Part shown: in pieces, positions 1 through 12,560 of the stretch | How the letters are laid out: each line of letters starts with the position of its first letter | Numbering within the stretch: the first letter of the stretch is position 1 | Assembly (NCBI RefSeq): GCF_009834535.1 | Contig: NC_045696.1 | Location: forward strand, 97,528,001 to 97,592,000 | Source of the DNA: Camelus ferus | Taxonomy: Eukaryota | DNA: 64,000 nucleotides | Direction: 5' to 3' | Notes under the pieces: model-generated | Database searches by the model: none | What the model was told of the DNA's origin: nothing | The model's input: only the letters and a program-made list of their open reading frames with translations | Program-made: the position numbers and the translations under genes

Positions 1-105
1 TGTAAAATGAGGATAGTAATACCTATTTCATGTATTTTGAAAGATTAGATAACATACTTGAAGTATCTGGCTTCATAGTAGACTTTCAGTACAAGTTCGT
101 TCTTG
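1..105 (+). mobile_element. MIR SINE 3' part, cut by window start
   Basis: tgtaaaatgaggatagtaatacctatttca...attagataa resembles the MIR core/3' consensus (ctgtaaaatggggataataatacctacctca). Confidence 0.7.
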
Positions 106-613
106 CCTCTCTCTCCACACTTATGCACTCTGTCTACCTGACCAAAATCAGATTGCAGGGACCTTGGTAGTAGGATTAGTTAATTTTGATTGGTTATGGC
201 TCTGAATGACAGACTGGATCTGGAATTGCAAGTCAGTTTTTAAAATTTAAAATAAGAACTGAGAGTCGATTTTTTTTTTGTTAAAAAACCTAAATAGGAA
301 TGCCCACCACCGAATCCCTTTTGCTTCAGCATCTTGGGCAGAAGATCCCCAGCCCCTTCTGAGGAGGGTCTGCTTTCTGATTTTGGAAATCTGGCTGGTA
401 GCTCCTAGCTGAGTGGATTTTGTGTATGGGATGGGGTGTGGAGTGGGGATGGGATCAAGAAGTGGGGCTAGATGAGGAGAGGAGGTAATTGACTTTTGTT
501 TGTAACTTACTTTACGCCAGAGGAGGCAGGGAGCTGAGTCAGTGCTTCTCAGAGAGACAGCACCAGAATCACCCACGGAGCACACCCCTGCCTGACACAT
601 GTGAATGGAAACT

Positions 614-830
614 TTATTCATAACCCCAGGTGCTTTCACACATATTAGTTCTTTTAACCCTCACAGTGACCTGTGAACAGGTACAGATTGTTATCTCATT
701 TTTCTTTTGAGGAAACTGAGGCACACTGCAGTTGAGTAAATGGCCCAGGGTCACATAACAGGCAGAGATGGGATGAGGATTATGTGATTCTGAAACCTGT
801 ACTCCCGCCCTTATACCATGCTGCCTCATG
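614..830 (-). mobile_element. MIR SINE
   Basis: gaggaaactgaggcac...taaatggcccagggtcacata...ggcagagatgggat is the reverse-complement MIR core. Confidence 0.85.
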
Positions 831-1562
831 CCAATTATGCACCCATAATTGGGCCCTGTAATTAGGTATCCTTGGTGACCAGATAACTTTGGAGTGGTGG
901 ATGGTGCATTAGAGTTTGCTTCTAAACTCAGTCTAAGTGATCAAATTTGGAGCTCTCAGTGCTGGAGAGAGAGATAATGATGATGAAGCAAACAAACCAG
1001 AAATGGATAGTATGCCTACAGTGCGTGTTTATATCTTATTCTCATTGAGATTCTTACCATTAATAAATCCGTATCATTTTACTGGGAACACAGATGTGCC
1101 ATGAAGGGCAGATGACTTAATATGTGTCAGGACTGGGTACTTTTCTGAGGACTTGTTGAGAGGGTTAATCAGATAATGTCAGTAAAGCAGCTTAAAGGAT
1201 AAAAAGATTACTTCCCATTGTCTTCCTAATTGTAGAGATTGATTAGAAATAAACTGCTTAAAGGGTTGAGTCAGTCTCAATTTTTGTTTGTTGACAAATT
1301 GAGTTAAGATTTATAAGAATTACACCCTTACCTATCATCCCCGCCTTTCCCATCCTCCCTCAATTAAATATCTAATCACAGGAGAGAATGCTGGAGGTAA
1401 ACGAGTCCACCAATCCAGGGGATAACTTTTTTGTTAAAGGGTGATTTGGAAGACTGAGGACTGAAGTACTAAACTTATTGTTGAAGGGCAGCTTCTGAGG
1501 GGATGGCCCTTCTGCTGGTCTGTGGGGGACCGCGAGTATTTTAGTGCATTAAAATATGAATA

Positions 1563-1840
1563 GACGGAGTTTTCCAAAGTGTATTCCTTGGAACCCTGGT
1601 CCACTCAGATACTTTGTAAACAAGGGTTCCTGGACCAATAGATTTGGGATCTGTTGCATGCTCTCTCCCTTTCTTGGCATTTCACAATACACATTAAAGA
1701 CTCCAAAGTAATTTATTACAAAACTAGTTTATTTTTAAGTCAGTGTTTCACAAGTGTATTTGATTTTTGAACATTTTTATTTCAACTATCATCTCTTACC
1801 ATTCACCCAGGAATGTTCTATAGACCGCACTTTGGGAAAT
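1563..1840. mobile_element. hAT-Charlie MITE, MER103C-like
   Basis: Termini ttttccaaagtgtattcc ... cactttgggaaa are inverted; internal cagtgtttcacaagtgtatttga resembles MER103C (from recall). Confidence 0.6.
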
Positions 1841-1940
1841 CTTTTTGTGACCTTCACTATTATTCTTCTAGTTGAGAGTTTCATGTTTAAGTCAAGTTAT
1901 AGCTTTTCTTTTCAGCATTCTTTGTGTCTATGTATTATGT

Positions 1941-2094
1941 GGTTTTTTGGGTACAATTTATTTTTATTTATTTAATTTGGGGGAGTAATGAAGTTTATTT
2001 ATTTATTCATTTTTTAATGGGGGTGCTGGGGATTGAACCCAGGACCACATGCATGCTGAGCATGTGCTCTAGCACTCAGCTATACCCTCCCCAC
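1941..2094 (-). mobile_element. Vic-1 tRNA-derived SINE
   Basis: Reverse complement reads GGGGAGGGTATAGCTGAGTGCTAGAGCACATGCTCAGCATGCATGTGGTCCTGGGTTCAATCCCCAG (Pol III A/B boxes) plus an A-rich tail. Perfect 13-bp TSD ctatgtattatgt at 1928-1940 and 2095-2107. Confidence 0.92.
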
Positions 2095-2253
2095 CTATGT
2101 ATTATGTTTTTCATTTCTATTTCTTGCTTTAACAATTACCAATGCTTAGAAATAAGAAATGCCTTAAATATCAGACAAGTGGGCTATAACACCAAAAAAC
2201 CTACAATTATGGTACATTGTGAAAGTGTGATAATCCTATTTTTATTTTAAAAA

Positions 2254-2293
2254 GTGTGTGTGTGTATGTGTGTGTTTGTGTGTGTGTGTGTGT
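2254..2293. repeat. Interrupted (TG)n microsatellite
   Basis: Directly visible. Confidence 0.9.
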
Positions 2294-2814
2294 CTGATAG
2301 AGTGGTTCATACCAAAATGTTTTCCATGGTCATTTTTGGGATTATGGAGATTAATCTTGTCTACTTTCTGCCTTTCTGTATGTCCCAAATGTTGTATAAT
2401 AAATATATTTCTTTCTAAATTGGGCTGGGGGGAGGGGGGAAGTTATAAAAATCATTGGAAAAAGCAAGCATAGAAGCCAGGGAAGATGGGGTGGGAGATT
2501 TGGGTAGACGTGTGCGGCTCCATGCCATGCGGAATCTCTTAGCCATAGCTCAGTAACTGAAGCCTGGAGCTTATGTTACCAAAGAGATCCTCTTTGGGAG
2601 CTGCCTGTGTTTTCCTTGTTTGGTGGGTTATTTTCTTTAGAAATGAACTGACACAGTAATTGCTAAAATCTTCACCAAAAATTCTCCATAAAAGTCGGAC
2701 CAGGATAAGAAGTAGACTTACTGGCCAACCTTCTAGATTTCCTTCAGCATGTTCTTTATTTGGGTGCACACCTTCCTGGACTTCCAGCTTTTCGTTAATG
2801 CTCCATCTAGACCC

Positions 2815-2950
2815 GCAGATGAGCATTAAGATAGGAAAAAACGATGTTCACTTGCTCGGCGCTATTAGAGGAAGGGAGAGCAGGAATACACGCAAAGTGC
2901 TTAGCGCTGTGTCTGGCACAGTGTGCGCCCTGCAGGTTTACTCATTACTG
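2815..2950 (+). mobile_element. MIR fragment
   Basis: cacgcaaagtgcttagcgctgtgtctggcacagt matches the MIR 3' end. Confidence 0.6.
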
Positions 2951-3364
2951 TTCTCGGTCTTGGTTGAGGTGGCGATGGGGACTGCGATCTCCCAGGGCCT
3001 TGGTTTTTTGCCACCTTCAAGATCTTTCGCTGTTTCAGCTTTTACAACGAAAAATCCTTGAACTCCTCTTGTGTGTGAGCGTGCTGCGCTGTGCCGGAGG
3101 GGAGAAACGTGGCAGGTTTTTGGACCTCAGGCAGCTGACAGTCTAGCTGGAGATATCTGGCGAAGACAGACAAAACCAGGCTAAATAGCCCCGTTCTGAC
3201 CTGTGTGCGGTGGGACCTGAGCAGCTCCTCTCCTGGGCTGGAAGCTCTTTGTGGTGTGTCACAGTAAGGCAGTCATTTCTATTGCGGTTACAGGTATGAA
3301 ACTTGCAGCCTAGCTGAATGTCTTTTGGTTTCTCCTATTGGCTACACGCCTTCCGGCCTCAGAA

Positions 3365-3700
3365 ATTGGCACAAGCTATTACCTGTGCCTGGAACATTAT
3401 TTCCTCGCTTTTTGCCTGGTTAACGCCTACAACTGCCTTCAGGCATCCGCTTAGATGCCAGCCCTGCAGGAGGTTTTCCGTGACTCACAGCCCACGCGCT
3501 GGCTTAGGTGCTCCTGTAGGTTCTCCCATGGCCCTCTGTGTCTCCCCAGACGTAGCACTACTGCCATATTACTGTTGATTGATTTCTCTTTCTCAACTAG
3601 ACTGAAACCTCCATGGGGGCAAAAATGACCTTTTTCTTGCTTGTCACTGTAACCTGAGCCCAGTGTCTTAGCACATAGATTGGTGCTTGATAAGGAAGAT
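3365..3700 (+). mobile_element. L2 LINE 3' end
   Basis: tgcctggaac...ctagactgaaacctccatgggggca...gtcactgtaacctgagcccagtgtcttagcacatag...gtgcttgataa follows the L2 3' consensus. Confidence 0.75.
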
Positions 3701-4729
3701 ATCTTGCAATCTTTTCTTTTAAATCTTTGCAAGTTTGCATGCTGGAATTCCTCATGGAAATCTGCCATGTTTAGGAATGTAGTTCCATCGTGTCTGTGCC
3801 CCCTGGACTGAAAGTTTAGAACCATAGTTCCACATACTAAATGTGTACGAGAGAAAGATGGATGAAGGGTGAATGTTCAGAGAAGTCTCTGTAAAGGTGG
3901 TTGGGCATAAATGGAGCCTTGAAAAATGGGAAGAATGTGTGTGGGTGAGCAAAAGGGCCTTCTAGGAAAGAGGGGATTGGAAGAGAAGTGCAGGAGCAGA
4001 AATGCTAAGGGTCTGTTTTTGAGGCCTTACTTGGGTTGAAGATAACTGTTGGTTGGTAGATGACTGTGCATCCCACTGAGGCTTTAGAACCTCAGCTAGG
4101 ATGGGTACCCTGACCTTTCACTAGTGAATGTCAACCTCCTTAGCCCTTAATTTTGAGATACACCCATCCTAGTGTTATCTGAATGTAGCATAAGACCACA
4201 TCATTATCTCCTATGTTGAGGTCTTCCTAGTTCTTTAGGGAACTAAGCATTTTACACTAGTTTATGGGTCTGAAATGATAGAGCTTTCATAGCAATGCAT
4301 CTGTCCCTCTGTCCATCTGTAGATCCATCCATTGGTCAAATATTCAGCCTGTGCAGCTCCACTGTAGTGGATGGTCTTTGCTCTCCAAATTAGTGGGATA
4401 TAAGGCTAGCCTCCACCCAGGCTCATCCCCACTGACTCTGCCATTTCTGCTTGTAAATGAATAGCTTGCAGGTCTGGTTGTTCCCAGAATACTCTTGTGG
4501 TTTTGGATGAGGCTGATCAACTGGGCACAGACAAGATTGAGATTCTGGAACCACAGTTAACCCACCAAAGCCTACCTAGGCCCTGTCCCTTGAGGATGGC
4601 CCGCCTGCGCAGCCCGTGGCCTCCCTCTCAGGGGCATCCTTCCAAGAGTCTTAGTGGAGCCCATTGGGAGCCTTTTCACACTCACTCATGATGCCGACCA
4701 CATGTGAATGTTCTCAGATGACTTCTTCA

Positions 4730-5170
4730 AATTAAAAAAAAGTTTTCAAATAGTAGTAAGTACATGTAAATGACAAAATTTTGAATTTTGCACCAAAGCA
4801 TGTACTCTGAGAAGTCTCTCTTTCACCCTTCCCTAGTCCTCTAGTCCCCTCCCTAGAATGCCAGTTTCTTCTGTCCTTCCAGAGAAGCTCTCTGTGAGTA
4901 CGAGTAAGTCTGTGTATATGTGAGTTAAATGTATATTCCCATCTAGGCTATTTTCCGTACAGGACGAATGGGACACACTGTTCTGTACCTTCCTCTGTTC
5001 ACTTAGTGTCTCTTGGTGTTTATTCCTTTTCTGTACATAAGTATCTGCTTTATTTCTTTAAGGACCACGTAGTATTCTACTGTATGGATGTACAGTACAT
5101 TTCTTAAACTGATCCCCTACTGATGGACATTTAGATTGTTTCTGACTTTGTTTTTAATTATAAAAATATT
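4730..5170 (-). mobile_element. Old L1 (L1ME-like) 3' fragment
   Basis: gtagtattctactgtatggatgtac...cccctactgatggacatttagattgtttc is a typical antisense L1M 3' motif. Confidence 0.7.
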
Positions 5171-7084
5171 ATATGCTTAGCCACTACTGGAGGGGGGAAA
5201 ATAGAAAATAGATTCTTCTGATTTTCCCTGGATCCCTGTTTAGAGACAACCAACATTAATGCCTCATCTAGAGAATTCTGTGCACAAAGAGCAGAGACTC
5301 TCTGGCTCCTGTCTAATTTATTATCTGTCTAGCTTGTCTGTTACGTAATTTCTCTATCTTCTACTGTTCTACCTATTAATCAATATACTGACCCTTCTTT
5401 ACAAGGGTGTTAAGTGGTCTGGCAAATGCACTGGCCAGTTAGATGGGTGCCAACCAAACAGAATGAATGGCATGTTATGTGAAGTAGCTGATCTTGAATC
5501 TCAGGGCTACTCAAAGTATAGTTCATGGACAGACAGCGGTGTGTTAATGTTCCGGGCCCGTGATGAGCTAAATACAGAAGCTGAGAGTGTTAAGAAACGT
5601 TCATAGCAAAACAACCTTGCTGTGACTTCTGAGCACATGATCAGTGGGATTACCTTGTGGAACAGGTAGTTTGGATGCGGATGCGTCAGACTTGTGTGGT
5701 GAGTCACGTGTGGCCTGAGCAACATACAAGCCATCCACATCGGATCACATACTGGTCTTGACAGATTGAATACAAAAAACACTGGTCCTTTACCATGGAT
5801 AGTTAAGAAGCACTGATCTGTTTCTCTCTTTCTCTCTCTTAAACCTATCTATCTATCTATCCTCTATCCATCCATCCATTTACCTACCTATCATTTTATT
5901 TTTCCATCCCTACCTGAAACTATCTTTTATATATCAGCCAACCAATTAATTAATCATACCTCTCATTAACTTAATAATCAACCTAGGATGTTGAATAATG
6001 AATCTCAGTATGGAAATAAATTCTACAGCATAAAAGTTTTGTGTCATTTGTTTTCCAGTACATAAAATATTTTTTGGTCTTTGTGGCCCCTATGCTAACT
6101 CAATGTTTTAAAAATATGTTTTGGCACACTTCAATTCTGAACACTGAAGATAAATCCAAATTCAGTTCTTTTTGGTGACTAATCTACTTGCAAGCATTGC
6201 TAACTACAGACTCGGCAATTAACACACGGTGACTGGAGAAAAATGTACATACTGGATTGTTTATTAAAAATGTATATTCCTTTGTGGCAGCTTTTCTGCA
6301 AATATGGAGATGCTGGATATTTGTGTTTCTCCCAGTTTGTCTGTGAAAAACCTTTCTTGGCTTGGGTGTTCACAGGTGGAGGAAGCAACTGTGAGAATCC
6401 ATCAAAAAGTAGAAAACACAAACAAATGATAAATGTAATAAAATGAGCAGACATAGCTTTTACTGACTTGATTTTATTTTTCGATTTATTTTTTAAAGTT
6501 GGCTTTTTAACATACTTTTATCAAAAAATTAAAGCAGATTCTTAAGGATATAAAGTGGAAAGTCAAAGTACTCCACCCTCTTGTTTTACTCAGATGGAAC
6601 CACTGTTGACAATTGCTTATGTATCTTCCAGGGATTTATTATGTATACACATGATCTCATTTATAATCTCATCAGATGGTTGTTTTGGTATCGTGGGAAC
6701 CACGGCTTAGGTGGTCTTTGTTTCTGGTTGACCCTCAGACAACCTCAGGACGGAGTATAGATATGGGTTAAATTTTGGAGAACTGGACGTGATGCCTGGT
6801 GGGAAGGTCTCAGGGTGAGAAGCCTTGTTGGGGTAACTAGAGTTCAGAGACTGGGATTTGGCTCTGTGGCTCAGAAAATTGATGTTCTTGGTGCTCCAAA
6901 ACTGATGAGGTTTTCAAGGGCTGTCTGGCTTGAGCTGTGCTGGGATGAAATGGGGATAGACATTTTAACTGCAGTTTCAGAATTCACAAGCTGTGACTTG
7001 AATATCCTGCCACTCTGGAATGAAGGTACTCGTAAGAGTGATTTAATCATGGGAATTTGCTTTCACGCTGGAAAAGGGAAGACA

Positions 7085-7680
7085 TGAGATCAATCATTTG
7101 AGGGATAGTGAAATCATTTAAGGGCTATTAGAGAGGTAAATTTGACAGGATTTGGTGATGGATTAGATAAGGGCAGTGAAGACAAGAGGTGAAATGGAAG
7201 ATTTGCACATTGCTGGTTGTCTAGTGGCTTGAATGGGGGTGCTTCTCATTGTAACAGGCAGTACTGGAAGGTTTAGAAGAGTTTGAGAAGTATTTTAACA
7301 TGTTGAGTTTGAGGAGACTTTGAGAGCTATAAGGGAGATATATATATATTTTTTCCAGGTAACTATATCTACCTATATATGTATTTTTATATAACTATAG
7401 TCATATATGCATGTGATTATTCAAATCCAGGTGTGGATGAGATGCCTTAGAGAGAGGTTCAATATGTAACCTCTCTCTAAGCAAAATAAAGAAAAGTTTT
7501 GTTAGATTTGGTAAAGGAGATGGAGAAGAAACAGCCAGAGATAGATATGAGGAAACCCAGAAAGTGGTGCCTGAAATTCAGGGAAGTTCAAGAAGGAGGA
7601 AGGTTCATTTTGTGGCATGTTTCTCAGAGAGATCAGGGAAGGTGAGAACTGAAAAATGTCCAGTGTGTGTTTTTTCTACT
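7085..7680 (-). mobile_element. L2 fragment
   Basis: gacaggatttggtgatgggattagat...catgttgagtttgagg...aaggagatggagaagaaacagccagag...gagaactgaaaaatgtcca matches antisense L2. Confidence 0.75.
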
Positions 7681-7753
7681 GAGGCCACTTTCTTTCTCCA
7701 GGATGGGGCAAGGTCAGGGGTCTGGGGCACCTATTCATAGAATATAGTTTTTT

Positions 7754-7879
7754 TGTGGGGGACAATAATTAGGTTTTTATTTATTTATTTTTTAAATGGA
7801 GTTACTGGGGATTGAACCTAGGACCTTGTGCATACTAAGCACACACTCTACCATTGAGCTATACTCTATCTCCCCGCCT
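7754..7879 (-). mobile_element. Vic-1 SINE
   Basis: actggggattgaacctaggaccttgtgcatactaagcacacactctaccattgagctata; TSD tagaatatagtttttt at 7738-7753 and 7880-7895. Confidence 0.92.
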
Positions 7880-10334
7880 TAGAATATAGTTTTTTGAAGA
7901 GGGAAAAATGAAGAAAATAGGCATCTGAGTTAGATCAGGCGTGTCCCACAAATTCCCACCTACGCTACGGTTCCTGCTGTGGAGTCCAGTGCTCTCTCCC
8001 TATAGAGGTCCAAGGCCGTGTAGAAGGACTGCATTTGCTTATTTAAACATCCTGTTAAAATGAGGTCTGAAATCAGCATTTTATAAATAACCGAGGTAAG
8101 TTGTGAGACTTGGGTAAAAACAGGACTCTAATGGACATGATAATCCCTTGCCGCGAGGAAAATGACCCTCTCCAATCCTAGCTGTGGTCAAACCTTTGTC
8201 ACAGTTTGTAGCTCACAGGACTGTTGCTGAGACGCGTCATCCTTAATTGCAGCCATAAAAAAGTAGCAGGTTATGTTTGGAGGGAATCAGTTAAAAATTT
8301 ATGATTCAGAATATTATGTAACTATAGTTTCAGAGAAACGTTTATCTTCCCATCTTTGTTTCTCCATTTGGCGGAACTGATTTTTCTAGCCGGCAAAGGG
8401 GATTCTGAAGTTAATGCAGGCAAAAGCCCCAGGCCAGTTTACCCTTTCACAATGTAAGTAAATAAAACACGTTTGATTATATCAAACCGGTTTGCATTTG
8501 GATGCATTTTGTAGTGAGAGCTGAGATTGTTGTTAAAAGGCCATTCTGCTGCATTTTGCCAATTGGGGAGCATCTAATGGCCCTGTTACTGGTTTGGGAC
8601 TTGTGTGAACATGTGAATTTAGTAGGAGGGATTACGAATCATAAAAGAGGCAGTAAACTTCAGTGCTGCTTATAAAATTACTTGTGTTTGCTGAAGACAT
8701 ACTGTCTAGTGCAATTGTCCCCACTTTTGTGGGTCTTTGTTTTATGTACCATGTGAAATATAAACCTATGCATAGAGGACTTTCGGCAAATATGGCTTCT
8801 TGTTACATAATTATATCATCCAATATATGTTTGGCAATTTGTGCATTGTAACATAAAATCCAACCATAAATACGTATTGTGGAAAAACTTGAAGGAAGGA
8901 AAGCCAGGACTGGAGAAAGGATCAGCTATTTAAAGGTAAAGCTGTACCCAAATGTATTTTAAAAATATGGTCTTTACTTCCCCCACAGGCTTTTTTAAAG
9001 GTTTAGTCATCTGTGGTCTGGAAAAAGTTAAACTTGCATTTATTGATTTTGCGTTTCTGTAAGCATGAAGACGGCAAGGGCTGTGCTTGGGGCTTCGGAG
9101 AACTGAGTTCTCAAGCAAAGGGCCAAGGGCTGTAACCCATACGGGGCACACTGGGGCCATTGTTCTTTTGTGTTTGTCTGATGCTTACATTTTAATAACT
9201 ATTGAGTAGTCGGTGATTATTAACAGAGATTTAACAGTAGAAGCAGAGGAAGGTGTAGGGTCATTATGGACAATTTGGAATGTCAACATGAAAGAAAGGA
9301 TTTTTAAAGTTAGATTCAGAATTGTTGAAACTTCGGCAGGTGGGTAGAGCAAGGGCTAGACCAGCACCACCTTTTAAAATTATTAGCCCTAGTGAACTAA
9401 GTCAAGTTTTGCCACAGCGCTTCTCCTGTAACCTAAGAATTGGCCAGCCCTAGTTAATTGGTTGAAAACCATTAAAGGACTCGGCCTTCCCAGTAGCACA
9501 TGCACTGGAATGTCCAGCTTACCTCTTGTGTGTTAATAAAAAAGCCCACGATCTGACTCATTAAAGCACGTGGTCTGTACTCCCCTTAAAGCAGAGTAAC
9601 ATCAGGAACAAGTTTTGAGTTCTTGGAAGGTCCTTCTGAGGCCTAGTAAACATCTTGGTGACCAGTACCTATCCCTTTGGAGTCTAGTTTTGAGAACTGC
9701 TGAAAACGATTATAATAAACTTCCAAGTGAGCAAGCAAGGAGGTGTAAACTGATGCGGTAGAGTTGCTTCAGCTGAAGTGAAAGATCATACTTGCTGACA
9801 CTTATTACAAATGGGTTTCTTAAAACAATGCCTGTTTTGTACAGTGACAGTCAAGTCTGCCAAGAGTAAAACAAAAAAGTTATATTGTGGAACAAGATAA
9901 AAGGGCTCTGCAAAATAAATAATATCTAATACCATTAAAATATAAGGTTTCCTTTTCAGAATGTAAATATAAGCTTCCAAATGAATGTTTTAAAAATCTG
10001 ATTTTACTTTGATTTGTCCAGTGACTTGATGTGTAAAGTGATTATGACTCAGAATATGCCCAGACCTAGATTACTACTATAAATAATACATGTGTATAGC
10101 ATGTGAAAGAGAAATAAACCTTAAATGACATTATGTTTTAGTGATAGCGTAGAAATTGGTTTTATTAGGGTAGGTTAAAAGTAGTTTATTGGCAACAAGC
10201 AAAATGTTTTCATCTGTTAGTTTCTAAGACTAGAATAACATATTTGATGCAAACTGTTGGTTCTAGCCTTTATCCATAGACATCATTGGTCTATGAAAAT
10301 CAACGAGGGAACGTAGGCAAAGGGGTGATCTATA

Positions 10335-10790
10335 GAAATGTTTACTAAATCTTTTAAGATGCAAGGGTGGGGATCTGATAAGTGATTGAGGTTGTTTTGC
10401 TCTTGCCCTGAATGGATTTTGAACACGAAGAGAGATTGCATGGAATTAATTGTTTATTAAACATTCCTGATCCTAGTGGAGTGGCATTTATCTGAATCCC
10501 ATAGGGTGAACCAAAAATGTTGCTTAAAAGGCTTTTGTAAGAAAGATAGGCACAATTCTTGTGCAAAGTGGGCTAGCTGAATAAGGGAGATCCAAAGAGT
10601 CATGTTAGTCCCTGGTGCAGTTATAAAATCTTAAGGTGAACTTTTGGGGAGGTGGTTTGTTGAGAGGTGGGGAAGATAATAGGATAAGTTAAACAAGTGT
10701 TTGGGAAGATAAGGGTTTATAAAAGACCTTGAGATGTTTGTAGATGTCCTTTGCTATAGGATGAGGCCAGAAATGTTGCTGAGCTGTGTA
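10335..10790 (-). mobile_element. Possible ancient LTR, family unassigned
   Basis: Antisense AATAAA (tttatt ~10453) and LTR-like composition; no family recognised. Confidence 0.3.
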
Positions 10791-10932
10791 TAGGAAGATA
10801 GAAGAACTAACTTTAGTCTACTCAGAATAACAAAGAAGGATGATTTATTCATTTAAAGAGTGGGCTTTGGAGTCTACCACTAGAACTTTTGGGGACGGCT
10901 TGACTTGAAAGCAGAGAGACTGTAACCGGGTG

Positions 10933-11046
10933 GTTTTTTTTTGTTGTTGTTGTTCTGTTTTTTTTCAAATGGAGGTCCTGGGAATTGAACCAAGTACCTT
11001 GTGCGTGCTCAGCATGCACTCTACCAACTGAGCTATGTCCTCCCTC
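10933..11046 (-). mobile_element. Vic-1 SINE
   Basis: aatggaggtcctgggaattgaaccaagtaccttgtgcgtgctcagcatgcactctaccaactgagctat; TSD ctgta(a/c)ccgggtg at 10920-10932 and 11047-11059. Confidence 0.9.
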
Positions 11047-12439
11047 CTGTACCCGGGTGTTTTTAAGCGACACTGTGGGTGGCTCTTCATGGCAGCCCAA
11101 AGATGAAGTATCTGACTTCATTCTTCCTGGCTGGCCGTGCGGAGATACCCTGATCTGCGTTGGAGTTAGTGCTCCAGTGTTTCTGCTCTCGAGCCTCATG
11201 GAAGAGTGGCTGGCTTTGATTTGCTTCCTGCCCGAAGCCTGCTTTGGGTGAATTTAAAAACCTGTTTGTTTTCCCGTCATCCGGCTGGGCCTTACCCATA
11301 ATTCCTGCACTTTGATTATAGGGTTATTACAGGACAAGAGCTTCTTTGTAAAAGCGCATGTTTAATACTCTGGGGTCTAGCGTGACTAGCAGATATAAAT
11401 TGTATGGAAGCAATTAAACTCGAAGGAAATGTCATGTGGGCTGAATTTAAACGTACAGACTTGTGGCACTGATTTTTTTTTTTCACTTACACAGAGAAGG
11501 GTGGGGAGAGAAAAATAAAGGAAAAAAGAGAAATAGGCCAAGCGAGTGAAGGAAGCACACAGACAAGAGAAAATGAATCGTTTTGAACACTTGGTTAAAA
11601 TTCCAAAGTCCAGAGCCAGTATTATGCTGATGCCATTACCCTTCCTATGAACTCTTTAGAACTACAGATGTCAGGGAATTATACTCTATCTGGGGGCTTG
11701 TTCCCCTGTTTGCAGTTGGCCGGTCATCTGCTTCTCAAGGCATATGTGTATCTAACAGCGGAGTGATTTTTTGGAATAGGTTAGTAAACAGGACTGAGGG
11801 TGGCCACCCCATAATGATCAGGAAGGCGCTTATCGTTCCAGCTTTCTCTCTATTTTATGCTCCTGGTCTCTGCAGATGTCGTACAGAGTGGCTCGTCTTT
11901 GGACTTTGGATGACGGGTAGTGTGTCATTCCAGGCCGTTTCCTCTCACTGGCCTGTAATGTTCTTCTCCCTCTCCTGCTTGGTCTGTTAACACCCAGCCA
12001 ACCGTGTCTCCTCTCTGACACCTTGTTGGACTAACCAGCTAGATGGATCTCCTCCTCCTTCAGATCCCATAGTAATTTGGTCAATATGGGTAATTTGGCA
12101 ATTGATCTTTCTTACTGTCCATCACAATGGATATAAAGCTTGTTAAATGAATGGGTCTGTTTCACGTCCCCAACACCTCAGCACTCAGCTGTGGGCCTGG
12201 GGTTGGGCTGTCCTCATACTTAGCACATACTGGTACCAGGAAGCGTTTGTGGATCAAGGCTGATGCTGAACATATTGCTGAAATAATCAAAATGTTACTG
12301 GGTGGTCAGAGGCAGAAAAAGATGCTTTTAGATTAGATATAATAGTACAAGTTTGAATTGAATTTTAGTCTTAGAAATAATAGGCACACTTGATTTTTTT
12401 TGCCCCAGGGGAGAGTGCTTATGCTTTATTTTCATTCTT

Positions 12440-12560
12440 TATATTGTGAACTCCTTAAGGACAAAGAACCACATTTTACCCCATTGTATCTCTCCAGTGC
12501 CCATCCCAATGCCTGGCACACACAGTAGGAGTTCAGATAATATTTGCTGAAAGAAATATA
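12440..12560 (+). mobile_element. L2 3' terminus
   Basis: attgtgaactccttaaggacaaagaacc...cattgtatctctccagtgcc...aatgcctggcacacacagtaggagttcagataatatttgctgaa. Confidence 0.75.
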
